Positions 30,801 through 39,139 of a stretch of 64,000 bases of DNA are shown here, piece by piece. The position numbers and the translations under genes were made by a program. The stretch's first letter is position 1, and each line of letters begins with the position of its first letter. The notes under the pieces are model-generated. The model saw only the letters and a list, made by a program, of their open reading frames with translations, was not told the DNA's origin and did no database searches. The DNA comes from a virus: positions 32,001 to 96,000 of IMG/VR virus record IMGVR_UViG_3300037851_000431. One strand, written 5' to 3'.

Positions 30801-33800
30801 GGAATTGCTCAAGCCGAAGCAAGAATTATAGGAACCTATTATTTAGGTAGTCAAGCGTTAGCATTAACCACCACACCCGGACAGGGCTTAATGCGAATGA
30901 TCTGGAATGGTGGAGCATATGCTATTGAGAATATCTTTAATTGGTACATTGAGGATGGAGCAAGTCAACCTAATTATTCAAATGGTAATCCTATTCCTTA
31001 TTTCCCCGGTCCTAATGGTGGTGCTGCATGGTCTGCTAGATTTGTAGCAGATGAAGAGGGATGGTGGCAATTTCAGACTTATTCTGATGATAACTCTGAA
31101 TTATGGATTAATAATACAAGAGTAGTGGCAAATAATGGTGGAGGAGGATCAGGCAGTTTCTTTGAGGGTGGACAATCTCCTACTTATAGTAGTGTTGGTT
31201 CTATTTATTTATACGATGGAGCAGAATATAATCTACATCTGCGTTTCGGGAACCTTAATAATTCCGGTTGGGTTATAGGAGCATGGTACAAACGACCAAC
31301 TGACAGTGAATTGAAATATTTAACTAACGGTAGTCCTCCTTGGTTAGATGCTCCAAAGACTAGGAAGTATTCTCAGGCCCAAGCAGAAATTTTCCCACAA
31401 CCCCGTCGTAATCAATCTGCACAAGCAGAAGCTAATATAATTAGAATAATAAAGGTTCATGCTCAGGCGCAGGTACGAGTGAGTTGGCAGCATTGGGCAC
31501 AGGCTAATGCTAGGATAATTGCTTTTAATGTTAATGCATATGGTCAGGCAAGGGTAGTAGCAGGACACCAGCATCACGCTAATGCTCAGGCTAAACTTAA
31601 TTCATTTGATTGGCCACAGTGGGGACAATCTCAAGCAAATATCTATAAATCTGCTGGTTATGGTTTAGCTAGAGCGCATATATATAGAACTGAATATTGC
31701 ATAGGTTATGCTGTAGCAATAATTTTGGGTGGGGTAGGAAAAGGAATTACGCAAGCAAATATTAAACAGACCTACCCATTAATGAGTATGGATGTTAATT
31801 ACGCTCTTATTTCTCAAGGTGCTACAGCCTTTGACTCTACAGGACAACAGGATGTTCCTTACTATGCTATTGATGGAGATGATTTAGGCTCTGCATGGAT
31901 TCTAGGAGGAGCAGCATTAGGTCAATTCCTTGTAGTTAATTTAGGACAATATAGAACTATTAACTTCATAAGAATTTTACCTGTTACTTATAACTGTGTA
32001 GTAAGAATCGAATATTTAGTTGGAACCTATCGGGATGATGACGAACAAAATACTTGGATAAATGTTGCTGAATTACAGTTTAATGTAAGTTATTTTGAAC
32101 CTGTTAATACAGCAAGGGAAGTAAAAGCAGAGGTTATTCCGACTACGGCTCAGTATTGGAGAATTAAAGTTATTGAATTTGGGGATTATGAGGGCATATC
32201 CATAGCCAGCTTTGATTTGGGTTGGGCAACAGTTAAATCCCCAACATTTGCACAGGCCCAAGCATCCTTTGGTCGTTGGGTTGCTGGTCAAGCTTCGTTC
32301 TATATTTCACCGGGTAAGGGTTGGCAGTGGGGACAAGCCAAAACAGCAGCAATTAATACTTTCCAAACTTATGCACAAGCTAATGCTTACTATATTCCAC
32401 CCACAACATTCGGTATAGCAAACAGTGATATCTTACAGACGTATCTGATGTATGCTAATGCCAATTGTTTGTATCTTATACCAACTTTTCATGGTATAGC
32501 GCAAGCAAGAATAGTGGGATTTGATATACCACATATTGCATACGCACAAACCAGTGTAAAGCAAACTTACCTTAAATTTGCCCAAGCCAAAGCAACGATT
32601 TGGAAAAGAACAGGCTTTGCTCAAGCACTTGCAATTATTAAAAACTTTAAATATAGAGTTTATGGATTAGCCAGAACAACGATTAGTACTCAAAGATATG
32701 CTATTGCTACTGCCTATATTAAAAAGAGCGGTGGAACAGCACATACAACGGCTTTAATTAGAGAGCATAATATTAATCATTATGCATATGCTAGAACAAG
32801 TATTAAATTTCCACCGATGGGACTTGCCTTAGCGCATATTCTACGAATGTATCAAAAATATGCTCAAGCAGAATCATTGTTAAATACAGGACTTAAAACA
32901 GCATCAGTACAGGCAAATATTGAACAAACATATCAAAAATATTCACAAACCCAAGTAGGTATTAAACAAACTTATTATACATCTTCTCAGGCATTAACGG
33001 TCGTTAAAATACGATACAGAATGGATGGTCAAGCACGAACAGTTGTTCAAATACAAAGGACTAGGGTAGGCCAATCTATGGTATGGGTAGGATATCATAA
33101 ATTCAGTCAAGCCCAAACACAAATACAGTCCTTCAATGTCCCTAAATTTGGTATAGCAAACGGTTATATATTGATAGGTCACGAAGTCATCCCACCTTCT
33201 GGAATACCATCAAGTAATTATCAAACTTACCTTGTTCGTTATAACAATCAAACTTTACCCGGATATGCTCAATCTGAGTCTTATAAAAATGACTTAACTA
33301 TTGCTATAAATAATGCCCCTTATATGGATGCTTCACTAAATGAGGATTTGGGACTCAAAAACATTATTATTACTATAGAAATGCTTCTGTGGGAAGAGAC
33401 TTATCAAAAATGTAAAGATAAATTACAATTAGCAGCTACTATTCTTAGAAGTAATCTAAGAGGGCAGTTTGTGCCTTTATATATACAACGATATGACAAA
33501 TATTATTTGGCATTAGTTAGATCGATAACAGTTACAAAGACCGTTCCTGAAAGTTCCAGAATTCTTAAATATACAGTAGAATTTGAAGCTAAGCCTTGGC
33601 AGATGAATATAGATGGAACAAGCACCGCTCCTGCTCCTCCACCTATTGAAATACCGCCTGAATTATTACCGCCGCCACCTATTATACCAACACCATCGGT
33701 TATTTATCGAGAAAAATTTGGTATGAGTCAAGTTAAGATTAATAGTTTTGGAACAATTAAAAATGGTTTAACACAAACTAAAATTATTAGAACAGAAGGT

Positions 33801-34034
33801 TATGGATTAAGTCGGGTATTTATTTATAAAATTATTAAATCTGCTCAAGCAGGAACAAGGATTAAAAGAAACTATAGGATAAATGCTCAAGCACAAACAA
33901 GTATTACAAGAAAATTAGGTATCGGACAAGCGCGTTCAAATATCATTAGATTGCCGGGACCACCTACTAATTTAACGGTTACTCCCGGCGATGAAAAAGT
34001 TACATTAAATTGGAATCCGCCATCATATAGTTAG
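24891..34034 (+). CDS. Giant tail adhesin: multiple LamG/concanavalin domains, discoidin (F5/8C)-like, PA14-like, AQA repeats, internal Dit-like domain
   Basis: Five recurrences of IE-x-W...(W/Y)H-x-V...Y-x-(D/N)G LamG pattern; FQTYSDDNSELWIN PA14; A-x-DG discoidin starts; ~12-14 aa AQA repeats. Confidence 0.85.
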   Translation: MEYQNYGQAVVYIVLPYVVEWKFDEISGSTLYDTLNTNNLTVTGALTLNQAGPNLYNSSDRAVTFPGSTSAYAVKTSPTGLPTGASARSIEVWFKTTSTATQTLISYGTASTRQSFGLKINGSNSIGFWTYSDDGYYPATVNNGAWHQLVVTYNGGVIVYAYLDGIQIGGKNLGGTLNTVVNANGIVVGKDFHASANAFNGQIGQIKVYNFKLSPIQISSQYNLILRGFSLAQAQAAIRGFVYAQTQTEITPTKAAFAQSEVFINNWNVFAQAQAFIFTYISLGQAETFIGPRYKIAQAKILVDSPIKNALASVRAQITATTIHGLAQVKIWDQRAFGQAHTNILLPFYWEDHQLKDDVFEAETIYLGRNTYIGPQNLNSFTVNTGEIYDPTYVGTYYKTGWIKIVVSSSMTLRIDTFGSTGNPYLSLMANEPGSFDFYNWGYKTLPACGVAAGTYYIEVSADSGASLDSVYLRISSTSFPASSPQALGQAQVYIYRAPQNDTQIYSQSLTYTLREQDYYNEIIDNDDPLAYYKFNEDVDYLYNDGIIDSLGNRNIIYNYSNGESKPLYIQGPIWPDFRGIQLGQSYVYYYSSTQGLFTGTQGWAIEYWVRPNNPDQSWCFRLYDYNTSDYYIYLGLGDPSNVPEGSLPWYNYTPNVGTQAILAVYDYTNSTYYYNYIASPSPISNEDWHHVVGTLSNDGTTLKLYVDGKLVASKALGHNANKVWTGWHQYIPDDSAYNVQIDDYVIYDHELTEDRVLRHYNLVNYVSSDTQFIWSQAQTFVVYQDGNTYTRFNVGQAQVYSGSYKIFAQAICIIKVITDSYGLLVAQDGAVHLYGMHLINASGGSDIYYWDDDIGTADVSSFSGTFNYTLSPIGSEYYGLVQSTTSANRYWTSSATNRLKELYDVTKSWTIETWVRSPGSANQQGWVWSLGATSPGYYLAALGFGSGTTNPANGNQIIVHFYNPTTYGTVYDTGITYTPNTWYHTAVTYNGNKVFSVYINGTLVKTINYSYWLYNLPYFYLAYNFYWGSNSVVLAYDNLAIYPFELSLSKIISHSEYRATITNAYASASFQINSNKYNQYASAAFYPWNPTGTNKVQQYSQAASYRPYYVFGQANAITNVIQQSYYGLAVASILQTYPLPDYKAVVLADTPDVYWPFDDSTVTTAKEIVANKIATLGGSSTSPTPNTYIGYGGIDPGWSWAGTSRYVYTSYAQPSTNIAIVEAWFKTTGTGEIWQGRYNLAGNTSGKGITLTLNSTVGFGCENGKLNFFVNSDGILHGIKSNNFYNDNQLYHVVAAWRSSTGVGLNNSQFSLYVNGVQISTTNLSTAGSATAPLAGNTDTPFAGARYGVFSGYLSNIAFYTHDLTTDQILAHYDARGLAVNARPFGQAQVYIGHFLPGLAQALIRQTTPNYPVFGDNGPFGLAQTIIWPFKFGLAIAQIAWEQEGYRKTVLADKPILYYPMEEPNFNNDLTNLVRYPVGGSANYSASSVYSASYSVDKAADGNYADGWAALGYTSGEYWKVTWTVPQTFKTLRLVARPGNDYFGIGYIELYDGTNTTIIDNITYPPTPNGSSIYTINAENILSMKLVSTSGGVSNPGFSEVEAFDAYDAAGVLHTIVGRRNGYWTGASATFNGVSPVYPGKSIAFNGNAVYISPNVNYTTITENLTIPGIYSSVDNHNIIGNDFWAVTGDTITFRLKMTNGSPYSIGVYDVTNGGANNWLQVASQYSYIDENGYKVFNITITATGFFHPYIYSYSSSYAGTGTITRKHYDQDSMIPIGDFPTPNNACVTIESWVKWDGTTNRMIFGFDWNDLFVISQSGIGFIGFNTGNSDNYGVAALSVGGWYHIVAVFYAGQYTTIKNKLYINGVRQELAYIDGNISRQYPTFGQDFYIGSWPTNTSYQWTGALDEFAIFNYELTPEQILTHYNARTNFQAFAYSQAHIYVYGGSGDPPYPRNQMYAGAFTHVNTHFGIAQAEARIIGTYYLGSQALALTTTPGQGLMRMIWNGGAYAIENIFNWYIEDGASQPNYSNGNPIPYFPGPNGGAAWSARFVADEEGWWQFQTYSDDNSELWINNTRVVANNGGGGSGSFFEGGQSPTYSSVGSIYLYDGAEYNLHLRFGNLNNSGWVIGAWYKRPTDSELKYLTNGSPPWLDAPKTRKYSQAQAEIFPQPRRNQSAQAEANIIRIIKVHAQAQVRVSWQHWAQANARIIAFNVNAYGQARVVAGHQHHANAQAKLNSFDWPQWGQSQANIYKSAGYGLARAHIYRTEYCIGYAVAIILGGVGKGITQANIKQTYPLMSMDVNYALISQGATAFDSTGQQDVPYYAIDGDDLGSAWILGGAALGQFLVVNLGQYRTINFIRILPVTYNCVVRIEYLVGTYRDDDEQNTWINVAELQFNVSYFEPVNTAREVKAEVIPTTAQYWRIKVIEFGDYEGISIASFDLGWATVKSPTFAQAQASFGRWVAGQASFYISPGKGWQWGQAKTAAINTFQTYAQANAYYIPPTTFGIANSDILQTYLMYANANCLYLIPTFHGIAQARIVGFDIPHIAYAQTSVKQTYLKFAQAKATIWKRTGFAQALAIIKNFKYRVYGLARTTISTQRYAIATAYIKKSGGTAHTTALIREHNINHYAYARTSIKFPPMGLALAHILRMYQKYAQAESLLNTGLKTASVQANIEQTYQKYSQTQVGIKQTYYTSSQALTVVKIRYRMDGQARTVVQIQRTRVGQSMVWVGYHKFSQAQTQIQSFNVPKFGIANGYILIGHEVIPPSGIPSSNYQTYLVRYNNQTLPGYAQSESYKNDLTIAINNAPYMDASLNEDLGLKNIIITIEMLLWEETYQKCKDKLQLAATILRSNLRGQFVPLYIQRYDKYYLALVRSITVTKTVPESSRILKYTVEFEAKPWQMNIDGTSTAPAPPPIEIPPELLPPPPIIPTPSVIYREKFGMSQVKINSFGTIKNGLTQTKIIRTEGYGLSRVFIYKIIKSAQAGTRIKRNYRINAQAQTSITRKLGIGQARSNIIRLPGPPTNLTVTPGDEKVTLNWNPPSYS

Positions 34035-36776
34035 GTGAGGAAATTGCTTCAAATTAGATTGGTTATACCTGAATTCAGTAGTGGTGTAAACTTTACTGAT
34101 CCAATTATATTAGAGCGAGCTGATAATATTAGTTTAGCTAAAACAGTAAACTCGGATATAGAATCAATATCTTTTACTGTACCTTTAACTGATCCTAAGG
34201 TAGTTTATATAAATTATCTTCGATGGTGGGAATGTTGGGATACTGAAACAAATATAAGATTAAATTATGGTCCTATAAGAGAGATTGCTGGCACAGGTGG
34301 AGAACCTAAAAGAGTAAGTGGACCGGGAAGGTCTGCCGTATTGTCAGAGTTTTATAAAAGCATTCAAACATTTTACTATCCTGTTAATTTATTCTTTGAT
34401 GATTTACGATATGAAAATATTGCCGGAGAACCACGAACCTCAACAATTATAAATCAGGCAACTTCCTCCGATTATTATGGGTTAAGCCTGCGATCAAAAG
34501 ATTATGTTATTGATGAGCAGACGGGCTATATTAGTATAGGACGAGACACACCAGTACAAGGACCAATAAAAACAGATGTATTTTGGAGTGGGGTTGCCAA
34601 AGCAGACTGGTTAACTGTAAATTTAGGGGACCAGTATACCATATCTAAAGCTCGTGTTCTCTTACCTTGGTGGGGAGGAGCAACCATTAATACTAACCGT
34701 ACTTATGATTGGAGTTTTTCCTATTCTACTAATAATGATTCTTTTACAGAGGTATATTCTACGCCTGTTCCAAATCAAGCTTTTACAGGTTGGGCTTCAG
34801 AGGGTGGTTTAGCTATTTATATGGATAGCGACTTTGGTGGCTTTGAACGGTATACTGTTTCAGGTTCTACCAGTCCTATTGAAGCACAATATTGGAAACT
34901 TAATATTACTAACACACATGCTTGGTATGGCAACAGGTTTGAGGGTAGTTTAGCAGATGAATGGAATTGGGAGTGTGGGGAAAGTGATGTTCTTTATGGG
35001 GAACCGCGCGAGTCCCCGACAATAAGCGGAGGAATAATACCTAAAGATGACATTAATCCATCGAGTGATTGTCATGCATCTGCTGTTGAAATTGGTTTAT
35101 ACAGAAAAATATTACCACTAGATAATATTCCAAATTTAGTTTATCATCAAATTCAAAATACTAACCGACAAATAACTTATTACCATGTTCCTGATTCAAG
35201 TGAGATGATAACTGTTGGTGGTGGTAATAAATACGAACCGGGATCGTTCTTTAGAAATATACAATTTACTGGCGGTGGCACAGTAAAAGACGAATATAAT
35301 GCAGTGCTATATGAGGGTTCAGGCACAACTTTAAAGTGCCCTGCTTATACTAGAATGTTATTATTTAGTTCCCCGGCTTATATTTTAAATGTAGATACAT
35401 GGATTGGGAAAACCGATGCTTTCTCATATGGTGGAAGTTACTCGTACTCAACAGTTGCAAATGATTATGCAACTCTTCATTTTAGAGGCGTATCTTTAAA
35501 ATGGTTTGCAACAATACCTGAAGGAGAAACGGCTGGACAAGTTACTATCGAGCTACGATCCCAAGGTACTGATGGTACATGGAGTGCTTGGACAGAAGTT
35601 GATGAATCACCTTTAACTTTACCAACAGGTGTTTCAGCAGAAAAAGTATTTGAGATTACCTATGAATCAGGAATTTTGCAAGACGAAACTATTTACGAAT
35701 TAAAAATAACTAACATTAACGGAGGCTATGTATCCATTGATGCTTTTGCTGGTTATTGGTCTGGATCATTTACAGAATATAATCAAGATGATTACCGATT
35801 ACATTTAAGAATACCGGAGGAAGCTACTCAAATATATGATGGTAAATTCTCATTCGGTAGTGTAATAAAGTTTGTGGGTGGGGTATTAACAAAAGGTGGT
35901 TTGTCATTTACAGGTGATAGGGTAGTTGTATACGGTCGTAAGGGACCAGATTACGGTATTATAAGAATAGCTTTATGGAGTCAGGCAGAACCAGAAATAT
36001 CTTTAGTAAATATACCGGGGACAGGTAATGGTTATCTTGAAGTAGATTTAAATCATCCTTATGATATAGCACAGGTAGTATTATTTGATTCAGATGAGTA
36101 TTTTATACCGAATGTAGGTCTTCCTTGGGGCAAGTATTTAGTTGCTATTTATAAACCAGAGGACCCTGATCCTATATGGATTGATGGCATTGGTGTACAC
36201 GAAACAAGTGGGTTAAGTGTTAAATTTTTAAATACTTCCCATCTAGAAATACTTAAAAGTACAGCCGAAGCACTACAACTAGAGTGGGATATAACAGAAA
36301 ATGGGTTATTAATTACCCCAAGATTAGGTACAGATACAGAAGTAATTTTTGCAGAAGGCAGGGGTACAACAATTAATATTGAAAATGTGGAAGATGTAAG
36401 TCAGATTGCTACTATGTTAGTTGCTACGGGTGCGGATATAGATGGGCTTCCCTTATCCGCCGTAGTTGAGAATAAAAAAACGAGAGAATTGTTTGGAAGA
36501 ACGGTTCAAAAATTATACGATTTTAGAAATATAGGTGACTATTTTACACTTATTGGTGCAGCAAGAACAGAACTACTAAGACGAAGGGAACCACAAAGAA
36601 GAATAGTGGTTAGATATGCGGTTGGTCCTTTACCAATTGTTGTAGGAGATAGTTTTATTATAAAAAAATCGGATTTCCAAGCAAGGGTAAGAGCAATAAC
36701 CATTACTAGATCACAAAATTCTAGTACTGGTACAGAGTATGTAGTGGAGTGTTTAGAATGGCCTCAGATAAACTAA
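34035..36776 (+). CDS. Baseplate hub / Tal-like tail protein with inserted carbohydrate-binding domains
   Basis: N- and C-terminal hub-like segments (ISFTVPLTDPK; VGDSFII) flanking discoidin-like and FRG/FTG-DR beta-sandwich repeats. Confidence 0.7.
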   Translation: MRKLLQIRLVIPEFSSGVNFTDPIILERADNISLAKTVNSDIESISFTVPLTDPKVVYINYLRWWECWDTETNIRLNYGPIREIAGTGGEPKRVSGPGRSAVLSEFYKSIQTFYYPVNLFFDDLRYENIAGEPRTSTIINQATSSDYYGLSLRSKDYVIDEQTGYISIGRDTPVQGPIKTDVFWSGVAKADWLTVNLGDQYTISKARVLLPWWGGATINTNRTYDWSFSYSTNNDSFTEVYSTPVPNQAFTGWASEGGLAIYMDSDFGGFERYTVSGSTSPIEAQYWKLNITNTHAWYGNRFEGSLADEWNWECGESDVLYGEPRESPTISGGIIPKDDINPSSDCHASAVEIGLYRKILPLDNIPNLVYHQIQNTNRQITYYHVPDSSEMITVGGGNKYEPGSFFRNIQFTGGGTVKDEYNAVLYEGSGTTLKCPAYTRMLLFSSPAYILNVDTWIGKTDAFSYGGSYSYSTVANDYATLHFRGVSLKWFATIPEGETAGQVTIELRSQGTDGTWSAWTEVDESPLTLPTGVSAEKVFEITYESGILQDETIYELKITNINGGYVSIDAFAGYWSGSFTEYNQDDYRLHLRIPEEATQIYDGKFSFGSVIKFVGGVLTKGGLSFTGDRVVVYGRKGPDYGIIRIALWSQAEPEISLVNIPGTGNGYLEVDLNHPYDIAQVVLFDSDEYFIPNVGLPWGKYLVAIYKPEDPDPIWIDGIGVHETSGLSVKFLNTSHLEILKSTAEALQLEWDITENGLLITPRLGTDTEVIFAEGRGTTINIENVEDVSQIATMLVATGADIDGLPLSAVVENKKTRELFGRTVQKLYDFRNIGDYFTLIGAARTELLRRREPQRRIVVRYAVGPLPIVVGDSFIIKKSDFQARVRAITITRSQNSSTGTEYVVECLEWPQIN

Positions 36777-36997
36777 TTCAGGTAGGAAAAAAGGTTGGAG
36801 CATTTCAACACGAAACTGATAATACTGCTCGTTATGTAGCAAAAAATCTACCTGTAATTGAAAGCTCTTGTGATGTACTTGGAAGATTATATCGCTATAG
36901 ATTAGAATTTAGATTATATAACGCGGGAAACGCACGATTAAGCATTAGATTTTTCCCAAAAATGAAACAACTTGATAGCACAATTATACATTTTTAG
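36758..36997 (+). CDS. Tail-tip protein, short paralog 1
   Basis: N-terminus alignable by eye with 37007 and 37749 proteins; GGAG SD. Confidence 0.6.
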   Translation: MASDKLIQVGKKVGAFQHETDNTARYVAKNLPVIESSCDVLGRLYRYRLEFRLYNAGNARLSIRFFPKMKQLDSTIIHF

Positions 36998-37006
36998 GTA
37001 AATTAC

Positions 37007-37747
37007 ATGGATAAAGTAAACCAAGCTGGTAAAAAATTAAAAAACATACAGAAAGAATCGGGACTTAATGCTCGGCGTTCTCATGAAAATTTTCCCCAAC
37101 CAGAACGTATTGTAAATTCTTTCAATATATTACATCCTTATAGAACTACTTTTGTAACCACTCCTAATGCTGTTGCTCTTTTAAGTTTAAAGATAACTGA
37201 ATTTCCAACGCCTTGTTCAGTTAATCCTCCTCTTTTAAATATCTCTACTGATTCTGATCATTATGGGGATAACCCCGGAACAATCGTTAGGTTATATAAT
37301 ACTACCCAAAATATTGAGCCACCAAATCCTGATTTTTTATTAGTAGATGGCGGCATTCAAGTACCTTTAGATGGTTGTTATAGTGTAATGTGGACTTCAG
37401 GAGCTTATGGTGTAGGATATTATTCTGATAAAACTGTTACAGTAGAAATAAGACGTAATGAATATGGGGTGAGAACCATAGGTCAAGGAACCACAGGATA
37501 TATCCAACTTTTAGGTCCAGCAATTTATTTTTATACTCCTGCATCCCCTGTGTATGCGGTAGTAGATTGTTTGGCGGGAGATATAATAAAAGTAATTATG
37601 ACTCAAGGTGATATTGCTGAAAAATATCCTTGGTATAATGGAGGATTAAACGGTTTTTTTGTAAGTAATCCTCCATATAGTGCCTATGTAAATGTAACTT
37701 TAGTAGCACTAGCCGAAGGCGGCTTTGATGTAATGACGGTAGGTTAG
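37007..37747 (+). CDS. Tail-tip / receptor-binding protein paralog 2
   Basis: Shared N-terminus; C1q-like GIQVPLDGCYSV...CLAGDII head. Confidence 0.6.
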   Translation: MDKVNQAGKKLKNIQKESGLNARRSHENFPQPERIVNSFNILHPYRTTFVTTPNAVALLSLKITEFPTPCSVNPPLLNISTDSDHYGDNPGTIVRLYNTTQNIEPPNPDFLLVDGGIQVPLDGCYSVMWTSGAYGVGYYSDKTVTVEIRRNEYGVRTIGQGTTGYIQLLGPAIYFYTPASPVYAVVDCLAGDIIKVIMTQGDIAEKYPWYNGGLNGFFVSNPPYSAYVNVTLVALAEGGFDVMTVG

Positions 37748-37748
37748 T

Positions 37749-38855
37749 ATGAGAAGATTAGAACAACTTGCTCAAAATGTAAATAAATCTAGAAAAACTA
37801 CTGAATTAAACACGCGACGTATACAAGCAAATTTACCTCTCGTAGAGCGTAAGCTTGATGTTATAACAGGAGAACAAAATTATAACATGCATTTTCCTGT
37901 AACTAAACATGATCATAGTGTTCTTCTAAATTTGTATATTAAGCCTGATAATTGTTGCGAATGTGATCCGGGTGCCCAAACAGTTATAAGAAGTGCTATA
38001 GGATATTTTCCAGAAAGTATTGTCCCTATTACTGTTGAAGAAGATGTTGCATATCCTGCTAAAATAATTGCAGAAGCGTATTCATATTGGGGAAATCCCC
38101 AAGGATTAGTACAAACAGGGAGTAATTTTAATTACGGTTATGATAGCCCCTTCTTCCACAGGCTTTATCAAGAATTCCCCTATATTGGAGGATACTCAGT
38201 TAGACCTGATGGTTATGGAATTGTTGTACCTACTGATGGTGTATACTCAATTTTTTTCAGTTCTGTAATTAATGGGGGAAGTATTGGTGGGGACGATGCG
38301 GAATTAATTGTTTATATTAAAAGAACAACAATAGAAGATGGTGAAGAGTTAACTTACACATTAACTAAAAGAATATATTCAGTTTATAAAGGAAATTTAA
38401 CACCCGGAAATCATGTTCATCATATGATTCATCTAGAAAATAGACCTGAATGGACCATGCTTTTATATGCAGCTTGTGTTAATTTAAATGCTGGTGATAG
38501 TGTTGATGGGTATATTGAGGTTAAAAATTTACCTAATTTTAGTACACAGTTTGGTTGGGGAGATAATACAAATAGTCTTAAGGTAAATCTTCTAGGTTTA
38601 GGTTATGGTACATTAATAGGTTATGTATATAATGTTGATACGCGCGATCCTTTAGAGGGAGCTGCGTTACATTATACTCAAGGCTTTGGAGGAAGTACCG
38701 TTACAGATGAATTTGGGGCCTACGCTTTTTATGAGTTAAGACCCGCTACATATACAGTGACAGCATCTAAGGATGGCTATCACTCATTAACAAGAACAGT
38801 AACAGTATATTTTAATAAAATTTCACAAATAGATTTTAATCTTGAACATATATAA
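37749..38855 (+). CDS. Tail-tip / receptor-binding protein paralog 3 with carboxypeptidase-regulatory-like domain
   Basis: Shared N-terminus; C1q-like GIVVPTDGVYSI...LNAGDSV; C-terminal G-x-V...PLEGA...TDEFG-x-Y...YTVTASKDGY. Confidence 0.7.
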   Translation: MRRLEQLAQNVNKSRKTTELNTRRIQANLPLVERKLDVITGEQNYNMHFPVTKHDHSVLLNLYIKPDNCCECDPGAQTVIRSAIGYFPESIVPITVEEDVAYPAKIIAEAYSYWGNPQGLVQTGSNFNYGYDSPFFHRLYQEFPYIGGYSVRPDGYGIVVPTDGVYSIFFSSVINGGSIGGDDAELIVYIKRTTIEDGEELTYTLTKRIYSVYKGNLTPGNHVHHMIHLENRPEWTMLLYAACVNLNAGDSVDGYIEVKNLPNFSTQFGWGDNTNSLKVNLLGLGYGTLIGYVYNVDTRDPLEGAALHYTQGFGGSTVTDEFGAYAFYELRPATYTVTASKDGYHSLTRTVTVYFNKISQIDFNLEHI

Positions 38856-38866
38856 GGAGAATAGTT

Positions 38867-39133
38867 ATGGCTTATCCAACAGGATTAAAGATTTTTATAG
38901 ATGGAGTCGATTGTACTTATTATATTTTTGGTTCTAATACATTTGATCCGTCAGTAACTAGGGATACTTTTCGTGATTTAGATATTACACCCTATCTGCG
39001 TAAGCCCATATCTCCTATGAAAATGACAGATCGAAATTATAAAGGTAATGCTGGTGTTCAAGATGTACATACAATCGAGATTACAGCACAAGATGGAAAC
39101 GGTCGTGTTGAAGCACGGGTTGAAGTAAGGTAA
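38867..39133 (+). CDS. Small tail-associated protein
   Basis: IFIDG...LDITPYL...HTIEIT beta-sandwich pattern; AAGGAG SD. Confidence 0.55.
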   Translation: MAYPTGLKIFIDGVDCTYYIFGSNTFDPSVTRDTFRDLDITPYLRKPISPMKMTDRNYKGNAGVQDVHTIEITAQDGNGRVEARVEVR

Positions 39134-39139
39134 ATAGAT

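Noticed and set aside
36758-38855. Diversity-generating retroelement acting on tail-tip genes
   Set aside because: No reverse transcriptase and no adenine-mismatched repeat pair seen in the window
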